A stretch of 64,000 bases of DNA from Pachysolen tannophilus NRRL Y-2460 (taxonomy: Eukaryota): contig KV454013.1 of NCBI GenBank assembly GCA_001661245.1, forward strand, positions 652,502 through 716,501. Reading direction: 5' to 3'. Made by a program: the position numbers and the translations under genes. Within the stretch, counting starts at the first letter, position 1, and each line of letters begins with the position of its first letter. Shown one piece after another: positions 11,383 through 22,651 of the stretch. The notes below the pieces were generated by a model that saw nothing but the letters and a program-made list of their open reading frames with translations, did no database searches and was not told where the DNA came from.

Positions 11383-11429
11383 GAAAAGACGAAAAGACGA
11401 AAAGACGAAAAGACGAAAAGACGAAAAGA
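11383..11429. repeat. (GAAAAGAC)n tandem repeat, five full copies and one partial
   Basis: Direct reading. Confidence 0.9.
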
Positions 11430-11541
11430 TATGATCTATACATAAACTTGGACTTTTCTCAATGAATGTTTTCGTGATTGTGAAGTAAGATGGAGGAGCA
11501 AAAACTAAAAATAAAAAAATGAAAAAATGCTATTTGTCTTT

Positions 11542-12495
11542 TCAAGTAATAACACAGCATACTGAACCGTTTCTGGAATTTTCAATACTATCAGTTTGAC
11601 TTGTAGCACAATTATTATTTGCTAGTGATACTGCCATTGCTTGTTGGTTGTACGTTCTTGGCGAGTTATCACGGTTTCCACTTTCGCGCCTTGAATTGTT
11701 CAGGCTTACATTAGTGGTAGAAACACTATTTCCTGGAGTTGGGATTGCTAATCTATCTTGTAAAGGTTCTCCTTCATTCGTAGTTGACAGTAAAGAATCT
11801 TTATTTATTTCTTCTCTTTGTTGTTGATATTGTTCTTGCTCTTGCAGAGAAAAAGCTGATTGCTCGGTAGATTGAGGTGATGTTGGTTTAAAACTGCTAC
11901 CTGCGGTTGATGCAGTTGCTATTGGCGTACGCAATTCCCTAGTTTCTTCTGAACGAGTGTTGGGATTTTTAGATTTTTCTAGTGTCTTTTTATGGTCTGG
12001 AGTGTTGCCACCAGCACCAACATTACTACTGTTATTATTGTCCAATGAAGAATATGTGATTTGAGTATTAAGACCATTATTATGATTTCCAATGGTATTG
12101 TTTTGAATTAATTTTTTAATCATAGTTTTCTTTGAAGAATTATTACTTCCAACACTTCCTGAACGATCTTTAACCATATCTTCAGGTTTAATAATCATAT
12201 GGAAAACAGAGGAAACAGTCAAATTCAAAGAACTAATTTTAGTCTTTGGTTGTAATCTTATTCCTAAATGTAAAAGCTGAATTTGTGACATAAAAGTTGG
12301 TTTGGAAGTTTCATCGTTATTACCAGCAAAGAGATCATCCCAACTATTAAACAAAAAATTCACCAAATCATTAATTGTGAAATCTTGAATTAATTTATTG
12401 GTACATATACCAGACACTAACTCTTGATTAATCTTCAATTGTATCTTGGATCCATTGAAAAAGAGCAAAGTAATTGAAAACTCCTCAGCCGGCAT
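11542..12495 (-). CDS. Membrane-anchored ubiquitin-like protein (UBL3/MUB-like) with a C-terminal CaaX
   Basis: N-terminal UBL-like segment (W..., IQLLHLGIRL, VFHMII), low-complexity middle, C-terminus SVCCVIT. Confidence 0.65.
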   Translation of the reverse strand: MPAEEFSITLLFFNGSKIQLKINQELVSGICTNKLIQDFTINDLVNFLFNSWDDLFAGNNDETSKPTFMSQIQLLHLGIRLQPKTKISSLNLTVSSVFHMIIKPEDMVKDRSGSVGSNNSSKKTMIKKLIQNNTIGNHNNGLNTQITYSSLDNNNSSNVGAGGNTPDHKKTLEKSKNPNTRSEETRELRTPIATASTAGSSFKPTSPQSTEQSAFSLQEQEQYQQQREEINKDSLLSTTNEGEPLQDRLAIPTPGNSVSTTNVSLNNSRRESGNRDNSPRTYNQQAMAVSLANNNCATSQTDSIENSRNGSVCCVIT

Positions 12496-12998
12496 ATTTG
12501 AAACCCCCTCTTTATCAGCAACTTTGAAACTAATTCAAAATGATAATCAATTTTTTTTTAATTTTCTTAAAAGAATCGTATCAGTGACATGTATAATTTC
12601 ATCCAAAAACTAATCTTTTACCACCTTACCACCAAAAAAAAACAAGAATATATAGATAACAAATAAACTTGTTTTGATTTCCCTTCTTTATTGAAAGCAA
12701 TTTTATCTATAATATCACTTAAAATCTTATTCAAAAAATCTTTAAAGCTCACAAAAAGATAAACTTAATAATATAACTTCAAAAGGGAAACTTCAAAACA
12801 ATATCAATTATAGATACAAATGAATACCTTTTCTTTAAATGAGATCATTTCAACTTATATTTTGGTCATCAAAGTAATTCTTCCATTAAAACAGGGTCGT
12901 GAGAATTACATTAAAAAGTTTATCTCCTTGCTATAATTTTAAATTAAAACGAATTTATCTAAAGTGTAGTATTACGATGATTAATTCCCATCAATTAA

Positions 12999-14046
12999 AT
13001 GGGATTGGGTTTTGTCTGGGACATTTTTGAAAGCAAACTCACGTTTGTTCTGGAAGAATGTGTTAGTGGGATTGGGCAATTGGTATGTTTTTTTTTTTTT
13101 TTTTTTTTTTGTTTTTTGCTTTTATTTTTGGGTGGGAGGAAGATAAGATTTAATTAGGTTCGTGACTAACAGGAGAAGATATTCATTAGTTAATTTTCAA
13201 TGTACTTGTCAAGAGTTTCCTAAATCATAATGATGATAATGATTATGATGGTGATAGTTGTAGGGTTCTGTACATTTCAACAAGCTCAGGTTTCCCAGCG
13301 CCAGCATTTGAGGAGTATATTTCAGGAGTGAGAATTCTGTCCCAAGTTGATTTTGATTCTTTGAAAAAAAAAATGTTATCAGGAATATCGGTGAATCAAG
13401 TTTTCAGACCACAATCTCTCTTGGAAGAAGTAGTTAAAATTGAAAACTTGATTAAACGTAAGAAATACAATCTGGAAAAATTACTTATTGTAATACAGGA
13501 TCTTAATATACTTTTTGGTATGGTTGCGTATCATAGTTATTCCGAGAGTAAGTTAAAAAAAATTATGAGTTCACAAAAACCCCAATTTACTAACTACAAT
13601 TAGGCCATGCTCTTCTGTCAGAAATATTTATGAAATTGAGAAAATTAGCACAAATTGATCATGTTTCCATTATCGTAAGTCAACAAGCAGCATACTCCAT
13701 TTGAAAAAACCACAAAACATTAGGAAAACTAACATACTTTTTTTTTCTTTTTTTTTTTAAAAAAAAGGTATCTGATACTGTTCAATTAAAAGGTAAATCC
13801 TTCCAGATATTTAGCAAACGGTTTTATGACTACTTACTATTACTAGATCATGAAGGAGAATCGGTTAAAATTTCCATTGATGATGTAAACGATAATTTAA
13901 GATATTTCAACCGTGATGATAATAATAGAATCGACTTGAAAGAAGAAGAACAACTAGTGATAATTGCACAGATTCAAGAATTTTGGGAATTTTTACCATC
14001 AACTATTTCCACTGATGAATCTGCAATCAATATAGCAAAAAATTAG
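12999..14046 (+). CDS. Four-exon RecA/RAD51-paralogue-like protein (RAD51D/Rdl1/Shu-type), 263 aa; exons 12999-13082, 13190-13547, 13604-13674, 13768-14046
   Basis: Three introns with GTATGT/GTAAGT donors, xACTAAC branch points and TAG/TAG/AAG acceptors splice into one uninterrupted 792-nt frame. Motifs SGIGQL, RVxYISTSSGF, LLIVIQD and HALxSEIFMKLRKLA...VSIIV. Confidence 0.75.
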
Positions 14047-14403
14047 CTAGTATTATACACTAGCTTTTGTTTGTTATGTTATCTATCAATCTATATTATT
14101 ACTTATCTTCCTTGCATCACTGATTAGGGCTTCGAGCCCTTTTGGTAGAAGTAGTGTACTTTTTAAAAAAAACAAAAATTGGTTTATTTGCAGTCACACA
14201 ACACTATTTCCCAATACGGTAATTCCTTTTGGTTTTTACTATATTTTTTTAATATTTTTTTTGGTATTTTGCACGACTCAAATAATTTTTCAAAAATTTT
14301 TTTTTTTTTTTATCATCACTTTACCTATTGTGCAATGTAGAGTAAGTTAATCTTTGACTTACTACCAAAAACTTTTCTTGGAAAAAAAAAAAAAAAAAAA
14401 AAA

Positions 14404-15285
14404 NNNNNNNNNNNNNNNNNNNNNNNNNNNNNNNNNNNNNNNNNNNNNNNNNNNNNNNNNNNNNNNNNNNNNNNNNNNNNNNNNNNNNNNNNNNNNNNNN
14501 NNNNNNNNNNNNNNNNNNNNNNNNNNNNNNNNNNNNNNNNNNNNNNNNNNNNNNNNNNNNNNNNNNNNNNNNNNNNNNNNNNNNNNNNNNNNNNNNNNNN
14601 NNNNNNNNNNNNNNNNNNNNNNNNNNNNNNNNNNNNNNNNNNNNNNNNNNNNNNNNNNNNNNNNNNNNNNNNNNNNNNNNNNNNNNNNNNNNNNNNNNNN
14701 NNNNNNNNNNNNNNNNNNNNNNNNNNNNNNNNNNNNNNNNNNNNNNNNNNNNNNNNNNNNNNNNNNNNNNNNNNNNNNNNNNNNNNNNNNNNNNNNNNNN
14801 NNNNNNNNNNNNNNNNNNNNNNNNNNNNNNNNNNNNNNNNNNNNNNNNNNNNNNNNNNNNNNNNNNNNNNNNNNNNNNNNNNNNNNNNNNNNNNNNNNNN
14901 NNNNNNNNNNNNNNNNNNNNNNNNNNNNNNNNNNNNNNNNNNNNNNNNNNNNNNNNNNNNNNNNNNNNNNNNNNNNNNNNNNNNNNNNNNNNNNNNNNNN
15001 NNNNNNNNNNNNNNNNNNNNNNNNNNNNNNNNNNNNNNNNNNNNNNNNNNNNNNNNNNNNNNNNNNNNNNNNNNNNNNNNNNNNNNNNNNNNNNNNNNNN
15101 NNNNNNNNNNNNNNNNNNNNNNNNNNNNNNNNNNNNNNNNNNNNNNNNNNNNNNNNNNNNNNNNNNNNNNNNNNNNNNNNNNNNNNNNNNNNNNNNNNNN
15201 NNNNNNNNNNNNNNNNNNNNNNNNNNNNNNNNNNNNNNNNNNNNNNNNNNNNNNNNNNNNNNNNNNNNNNNNNNNNNNNNNNNNN
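14404..15285. other. Assembly gap (others: 17968-18287, 24480-24929, 28023-28213, 34780-35160)
   Basis: N runs flanked by long A/T homopolymers. Confidence 0.99.
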
Positions 15286-16351
15286 TTTTTTTTTTTTTTG
15301 TTCTGTTATTCTTTTTTTTTTTTCTTCTTCTTCATGTTTTGTCCCTTTATATAATACTTGGAGTTAAAGCTCATAATTTAAAAAAAAAAAATTGTACACT
15401 TGTTTTCAAAGTAAACCTATTGTAAGACTTAACCTAACATTAATATGTAGTTAATATTATAATAATATTAGAAATATATGTAGTGCATTCGAGATCAATT
15501 CTGGATCGGGGAAGTTTTCACTTTTTTCGCTTGCATATTAGTCCAGCAGGATAGGAGAAAACAGGACAAGACAGACAGATTCGGTAAAACAAATCACCGG
15601 TTGGTATAGCAAAAACAAAAAAAAACAAAAAAAACAAAACAAACAAGTAGTAGAACTAGAATATAGAGAATTAGTTCAATTAGTTCAATGAAATCAATGA
15701 GCTCTAGCACCTCTATATGCTTTATCAGCTCAATTGGTAGAACAAGAAAATAAGAGCAAAATTTGAAAGTAATTTACAAACTTGAATAGACAAACTAAAG
15801 TCGTCGTACTGAAAAAAAAACAAACAATTAATTAATATTATTATCGTTATATCACGGCAGGAACATAAAATACATAATAAAAAAACTGTACGAAACAAAA
15901 CAAAATAAAACGAACGAACGAAACAAAGCGTAAAAAAAATAAAAAAATAAAAAAAAATTTTATTATTTAAAGTTTGAGAAAAAAGGAACGATATTTTATT
16001 ACCTGTCAAAAGTAGGGTTACCACCGGATATCCCAGATCACAAACAAACAGAACCAGTATACAATTGAAATCAAATAAATACATTACATTACATTATAAA
16101 AAAGACAAAAATAAAAAGTATAGAATTTCTTATTAACTTGATCCATCTCGTGATTAAAGAATATATCTATCTGCACAAAAAGCGCTCTACATCTACATGT
16201 TAGTAATTTAATTGTCTTGACTCTATTAGATAACTGTAATTTTGTATATATAATAAATATTTTATTTTGGGTTATTTTGATTATTTGGATTATTTGGGTT
16301 AATCGGGTTATTCGAGTTCCGGTTCGCGCGAAGCCCCTCGGGAACGAATGT

Positions 16352-16358
16352 CCAATCA
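16352..16358 (+). promoter_or_regulatory. CCAATCA (Hap2/3/5-type) box upstream of AAC
   Basis: Exact motif next to a GC-richer patch about 500 bp upstream of the ATG; fits a respiratory gene. Confidence 0.4.
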
Positions 16359-16853
16359 TTTTCTTTAATTTTCATTTTTTTTTTCTATGAAGACGTTTAA
16401 AATAAACACAAAAAAAAAAATTACTCCAAAGAAAATACTTGAAAAAAAAAATTTAATTTTTTTTTTTTTGAAAAAAAATCAAAAATTCAAACCAAAAAAA
16501 ATCGAAAAAAACAAAAAAAAAAATTCAAAAAATTTAAAATTTCCATACAAAAACTCTCCGACGAAATAGCGTATATATTTAAAGAATTCCCTCTTTTTTT
16601 TTTTTTTTTAAATAGATTTTTTTTTTATTTTTTAATTTAAATTCATTTTAATTTAATTTAATATTTTAAGTATATTAATTTATATTAATCAATCAAATTT
16701 TCAATTCAAATTTATATTTTTAAATTTTTTTTATTATTAGAATTTTTCATTTTTTTTGAAGAATCTGTAAATATAAATTAATATAAATTACGAATAATTT
16801 AATTTTTTTTTTTTTTATAAAGAATTTTAGATATAATATTCAATTAAGCGAAA

Positions 16854-17771
16854 ATGTCAACAGAAAAGAAGGAAAGTACATTTTTGATCGATTTCTTGAT
16901 GGGTGGTGTTTCCGCTGCCGTTGCCAAGACTGCCGCTGCTCCAATTGAGCGTGTCAAGTTATTGATTCAAAATCAAGATGAAATGATCAAACAAGGTAGA
17001 TTAGCTAAACGTTATGCTGGTATTGGTGAATGTTTCAAGAGAACTGCTGCTGAAGAAGGTATTGCTTCATTCTGGAGAGGTAACACTGCTAATGTTATTA
17101 GATATTTCCCAACTCAAGCTTTAAATTTTGCTTTCAAAGATAAATTTAAGGCCATGTTTGGTTTTAAGAAAGATGAAGGTTATTGGAAATGGTTTGCCGG
17201 TAACTTGGCTTCTGGTGGTGCTGCTGGTGCAACCTCATTACTGTTTGTCTACTCTTTAGATTATGCTAGAACTAGATTGGCTAATGATGCCAAGGCTGCT
17301 AAAGGTGATGGTAAACGTGAATTCAACGGTTTAATTGATGTTTATAAGAAGACTTTAGCTTCTGATGGTATTGCTGGTTTATACAGAGGTTTCTTACCTT
17401 CTGTTGTTGGTATCATTGTTTACAGAGGTTTATACTTTGGTTTATACGATTCTATTAAACCAGTCATCTTGGTTGGTCCATTAGAAGGTTCTTTCTTGGG
17501 TTCTTTTGCTTTAGGTTGGACTGTTACAACTGCTGCTTCTACTGTTTCTTACCCATTGGATACCGTTAGAAGAAGAATGATGATGACTTCTGGTCAAGCT
17601 GTTAAATATAAAGGTGCTTTCGATGCTTTCTCAAAGATTGTTGCTGCTGAAGGTGTTTCCTCATTATTCAAAGGTTGTGGTGCTAACATCTTGAGAAGTG
17701 TTGCTGGTGCAGGTGTTATCTCCATGTACGATCAATTACAAATGATCATGTTTGGTAAGAAATTCAAATAA
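16854..17771 (+). CDS. PET9: Mitochondrial ADP/ATP carrier
   Basis: RRRMMM signature, [19 protein letters not shown]; strong codon bias. Confidence 0.98.
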   Translation: MSTEKKESTFLIDFLMGGVSAAVAKTAAAPIERVKLLIQNQDEMIKQGRLAKRYAGIGECFKRTAAEEGIASFWRGNTANVIRYFPTQALNFAFKDKFKAMFGFKKDEGYWKWFAGNLASGGAAGATSLLFVYSLDYARTRLANDAKAAKGDGKREFNGLIDVYKKTLASDGIAGLYRGFLPSVVGIIVYRGLYFGLYDSIKPVILVGPLEGSFLGSFALGWTVTTAASTVSYPLDTVRRRMMMTSGQAVKYKGAFDAFSKIVAAEGVSSLFKGCGANILRSVAGAGVISMYDQLQMIMFGKKFK

Positions 17772-19213
17772 GCTTGAAAATAAAAAGAAGAGAAAGATTT
17801 TGTAATTAAAAGAAAAAAAATAAAAGAAAATAAAAAATAATCATTTTATTTTATTTTCTTTTTAATTTTTTTTTTGTTTTTTTTGTTTTTATTCTTTATT
17901 TTGTATTTGAGTTTTTTTTATCTTACGCCTTTTTTTTTTTTTTTTTTTTTTTTAAAACCTCCTCTTTNNNNNNNNNNNNNNNNNNNNNNNNNNNNNNNNN
18001 NNNNNNNNNNNNNNNNNNNNNNNNNNNNNNNNNNNNNNNNNNNNNNNNNNNNNNNNNNNNNNNNNNNNNNNNNNNNNNNNNNNNNNNNNNNNNNNNNNNN
18101 NNNNNNNNNNNNNNNNNNNNNNNNNNNNNNNNNNNNNNNNNNNNNNNNNNNNNNNNNNNNNNNNNNNNNNNNNNNNNNNNNNNNNNNNNNNNNNNNNNNN
18201 NNNNNNNNNNNNNNNNNNNNNNNNNNNNNNNNNNNNNNNNNNNNNNNNNNNNNNNNNNNNNNNNNNNNNNNNNNNNNNNNNNNNNNNGTTAGTTTTTTTA
18301 TCTTACGTCCTTTTTTTTTTTTTTATTTGAAAACCTACTCTATTTCTCCTCATTAAATTTTTCTATGAAATATATTTCTATATATATGTGATAAATGTAC
18401 TTTTCATATACAAAAAAAGAAAAAAGAATAATATAAAAAATTAAAAAAATGAAAAATTTAGCTTTAATAAGCCGCTATTCGCCGAACTTTGTTTTTTTTT
18501 TTTTTTTTTTTTTTCTTTCTTTCATTTACTTGCATGCGGCTAAATTTGTAAGCCTTAATTCTAATTAAAGTTACTTACCTCACTCAAATAAAATCATTTT
18601 TTTAGGTATCGTTTCATCTATATTTCATCATGATCCCTTATAAGATTTCTTGTTTGCTAAATCATTTTTACTAAAAGGAAAAAAAAAGATAAACCCTGCT
18701 TAATGAGGGGGAATATTAAATATTTTTTTTAATTTTTTTTTTAAGTATAAAAAAAAAAAAAAATCAAAAGCCGCTAATGCGAATTTTTCATTTTTTTAAA
18801 GATAAAAGAAAAAGGTTTTTAAATTTTAAGTAAATAATAGTAAGTAATATTTGAAAAAATGGAAATTCTACAAAAAAAAAGCTTTTTGATTTAGTATTTT
18901 GTATGTGAAAGATCTGCAATAAAATAGTAATTGAGAAAAAAAAAAAAAAAAAAAAAAAAAAAATTAAAGAGAGATGATAATGATGATGATGATGATTATT
19001 ATGATGATGAAAATGATAATGATAATGGATATGATCTGAAAAAAAATTTAGAAAAAAAAAAAAAAAAAAAGTAAAGTAAAAAAGTAAAATGCAGCATGGA
19101 CTCCTCTTATATCCTATATATGTGTATTGTATGGTATTTGTTGTTGTTATATATTTTGTTAAAAAAAAAAAAAAAAAACAATTCTTGCTAAATTTTTTTT
19201 TCTTTCTCTATAT

Positions 19214-20165
19214 TTAATAATCATCATCTTCATCTTCTTCCAAATCTGTTATTGAACGACAATTTGGACAATTGAATTGTGGATAATTTTTAACTAATAA
19301 TGGTCTGATACATCTATAATGCCAGCTATGTGAGCAAGGACTTATGAATATAGAATCTCCAACTTTTAATGGATTTAAACATATACAACATTCTAATTCT
19401 TCTCCAATCATTTTTTTATGAGTGTCCTTGTTAAACTTATTAGTTTTACGTTTCCATGATTTATTCAATTCAACTCTAACTTTAACACATCTAAAAATTT
19501 CCTCTGATCCACCTCTAAAATCCATTCCTAATTGTAAAATATCACCATCACAAATCATACAATTCCCACTTTCTACACCAGCTGGTGATAACCTTACATG
19601 ATTTAAAAAAGTTCCTGATGATGATTTTAAATCTTTTATAAACCAACGACCTTCATCATCAACAAATAATTCTGCATGTGTTCTAGAGACAACTTTCGAT
19701 TTGAATACAACAGCCAGTGAAGATCCCTGAGGTGCATGCAGAGCATCTTTATTTTTTTCTGTATATCTTCCAACAGCAATTTTCATATTAGGTTTAATTT
19801 TCCGTATTAAAGGTGAAAAATATAACAGTGGAGATGATGAAGAATGATCAATAAATGGAGTCAACCGCACAGAAAAAGAACCATCTGGTTCTTTTCTATC
19901 ATCCGCCTCTACAATTACGGGCGGTACAGCAATAGAATTTTGACGTGTGCGTTCTCTTTCATCTAAATCTTCATCATTAGTGAAATCTTCTTCCAAGATA
20001 GGACCTTCCAGCATTTCAGTATCATCTTCTTGAACTGACCCTGGAGAGCTGAGATTGTTTTCAATTTGTTGTTGATGTTGAGACACCAGAAGAGGCTGTT
20101 GAACAGCATTGCTATTTGAAATTGTTGGGCTATTTGACGCTAGAGGTGTAAACGTTGAATTGTTA

Positions 20166-20200
<35 letters not shown>

Positions 20201-20947
20201 TGTTGCAGCACCACCACCGCTGCTCATACCACCGCTGTTAAAAATTCCAGAATTATTTCTAGAAGACAACGGTCTTATTGTAGCCACAGAAGCCTGATGA
20301 CTCAAATAAGGCGGTGAAACCGGAGTAGTGTTCCCTGCTGATGCTAGTGACGAATTTGAACCATTACCATTAACGCTGTTGTTGTTATAGCCGTTATAGC
20401 TGTTATAATTGTTGCCGCTCATACTATGGCTATGACTATGACTGTGGTTATGATTACCATAAGGGCTTGTGGTCATGGTAGTGGTACTTATAGGAGTATA
20501 TGCCGACTGAAGTTGTACCTGATTCGACGACGGTGTTCTCAAAGAATTTGTAATTGATGAAAATAGAGTACCAAACGATGAACCTCTTCTTCTATTAGTG
20601 GTTGTAGCAGCATTACTTGGGAAAGGGATTTGAGGAGTCAATAAATTATTTTGTGAACTGCTACTTCCATTAGTTGAAGAATGGCCTAACATATTATTGT
20701 TACCGCTATTACTACCACTATTATTATTGCTATTATTATTATTATTATTATTATTATTGTTGTTGTTGTTGTTGTTGTTGTTATTGTTGTTATTGTTATT
20801 GTTACCGTTGTTGTTACTGTTACTGTTGCTGTTGTTGCTGTTGTTGTTATTGGTTATACTTGCGCCGCTACTAATACTATTACTAGATGAATGATGTATT
20901 TCCGGACTGGCAGCAGCTGATGTGCCAACATAACTATTTACTGGCAT
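19214..20947 (-). CDS. DMA1: FHA-RING E3 ubiquitin ligase (Dma1/Dma2)
   Basis: FHA motifs VGRY, FKSKVVSRTHA and SSSGTFLN; RING-H2 CCIC...CSHSWHYRC...CPNCR; poly-Asn N-terminus. ATG at 20947. Confidence 0.93.
20691..20850 (-). repeat. Coding AAT/AAC triplet tract (poly-Asn) in DMA1/2
   Basis: Direct reading; a second tract lies at about 20160-20200. Confidence 0.9.
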
Positions 20948-21515
20948 CTTTTTTTCTCCAAAGACAAATTCCCCTTTTTTTTTTTTTTTTTTTGGATAGT
21001 TAATTGATTCCAATTTCTATTTCAATCTATCTATCTATCTAATGATCTTCTATCTATGATACTCGAAATATAAAATTGATTGATTTAAATAAAAAATTAT
21101 ATTTATTAAATATCAACTTTTAACCAAAGTTTTTTTTTAATTTTGTTTTAGTAATTTTGGTTTTGGCTTTATACACTTTAATCAGAAAAAAAAAATTAAT
21201 TTTTGCTATTTTGGTTAAAAATAGGCAAAAATCCCATGATATAACAATATATATACGGTACAAGATATTGTTGGCGGGTTTACTAATTAGATAGTTTCCA
21301 TTCTGTTTAATTATTCATGGCATCTAGATATAGGTTTATATAAAAGTAATAATAGCAGTAGTAATTGTAGTAGTAGATGGCCTGTTGAAAGTAGGTATTT
21401 GCTTGGTTTATGTGTGTATGTAGTCTTTTTATTTTTGTAAAAATGTGATTTAATATTATCGAGAAGAAATGCAAAACATTAGAAAGTAATTAAAATAAGT
21501 CTATAGAGTTTCACA

Positions 21516-21548
<33 letters not shown>

Positions 21549-21581
21549 GCTATATATGCTATATGATTAGAATAAAATTCA

Positions 21582-22238
21582 TCATATTACCACAATTGTG
21601 TAATGTACGCTTCCATCACTTTTTAAATCTGCTTCAACGTTTGCCTTAAAAGCGCTTTGATTCAACACACCTTTTATTACTCCACAACTAAAATTTAAAT
21701 ATAATCCACTTATTCTATGTTTATCTGGACCGTACATTGATGATATTAAACGATGGCTATTATCTATAAGAACAAATGTACCTCTATGATTTGTTCTTAA
21801 ATTATCTATTTGTTTTTGATAAATCATTTTCCATACATCTCTAGCAATTATTTTCATTATATCCAAAATCTCATCCATCTTTGTACTAATACCATCATTT
21901 TTCAAAAAAATCAATTGTTCAATCAAAATTTTTCCTATTTGAAATCCAAAATTATCCAACATTTGATTATTAATTTCATTCGATACTAAAGATTCATTTT
22001 GGAAAAGTTCTACACCACCATAATGGAAATCATCCACTTGTTTATTATCATTTCCATTTCCAGAACCATTACTTTCCCTGGTTGAACTAGACGAATATTT
22101 TTCTAATTTATCTGTTATTCTTAGAGCCAACGGTCCTAACTCCATCAAAAGATATTCAAGACAAGATACATTTATCTGTTTTTCAAAATCATTATCCACA
22201 TCTGTCTCTACCACTGTTTGATGTAATTGGTTTGACAT
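21582..22238 (-). CDS. TRS33: TRAPP complex subunit Trs33
   Basis: IMKIIARDVWK..YQKQIDNLRTNHRGTFVLID and CGVIKGVL. Confidence 0.93.
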   Translation of the reverse strand: MSNQLHQTVVETDVDNDFEKQINVSCLEYLLMELGPLALRITDKLEKYSSSSTRESNGSGNGNDNKQVDDFHYGGVELFQNESLVSNEINNQMLDNFGFQIGKILIEQLIFLKNDGISTKMDEILDIMKIIARDVWKMIYQKQIDNLRTNHRGTFVLIDNSHRLISSMYGPDKHRISGLYLNFSCGVIKGVLNQSAFKANVEADLKSDGSVHYTIVVI

Positions 22239-22651
22239 AACAAAAACTTAAATCAAATATATATATATATAAATAATAAATAGATAATTTCTTATTCAAA
22301 TATTTGAACCACCTTATTCAAATTGTTATAAACTATTTCCATCTAAACCATTATCATTAATATTTATCTTTAGATTCGTTGTTGTAGTTTAAAAGAGCAA
22401 AATTGATACTACACAAACTACTTTGGATTTCAATCACTTTTCTAAGAGATCAAAGATGCTATTTGAGTAAGAATTGAATAATTCACAAACCAACAAGATG
22501 CCATTGTGGAAATGGGCATAAAAGTATAAAATATTGTATATAAGTATATATACATACTAAACCAATTCTCAGGAGTATAATAATAATAAGAATAATAATA
22601 ATAATAATATAAAAAAACAAATAAAAAAATGACTCTTTCTCACCTAAATTT

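Noticed and set aside
11383..11429. Tandem repeats as a CRISPR array
   Set aside because: Eukaryotic microsatellite with no spacers and no cas genes.
14124..14140. GGGCTTCGAGCCC resembling a tRNA T-arm
   Set aside because: No D-arm, anticodon arm or acceptor stem can be built.
14354..15367. ORFs made of X residues across N-gaps (also 17874, 24312-25025, 27950, 34700-35246)
   Set aside because: Open only because N runs contain no stop codons.
15725..16569. Short F/L/K-rich ORFs upstream of AAC
   Set aside because: Products of A/T homopolymer tracts in promoter DNA.
17905..18350. Imperfect duplicate (TTTTTATCTTACG...AAAACCT) flanking the gap
   Set aside because: Same artefact: low-quality overlapping contig ends. 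The gaps at 24480 and 28023 look similar.
18572..18582. TACTTACCT resembling the U1 snRNA 5' end
   Set aside because: No U1 stem-loop I or Sm-site context follows; likely chance.
20674..20894. Poly-Cys/Tyr and poly-Leu ORFs
   Set aside because: Antisense shadows of the DMA1/2 poly-Asn tract.
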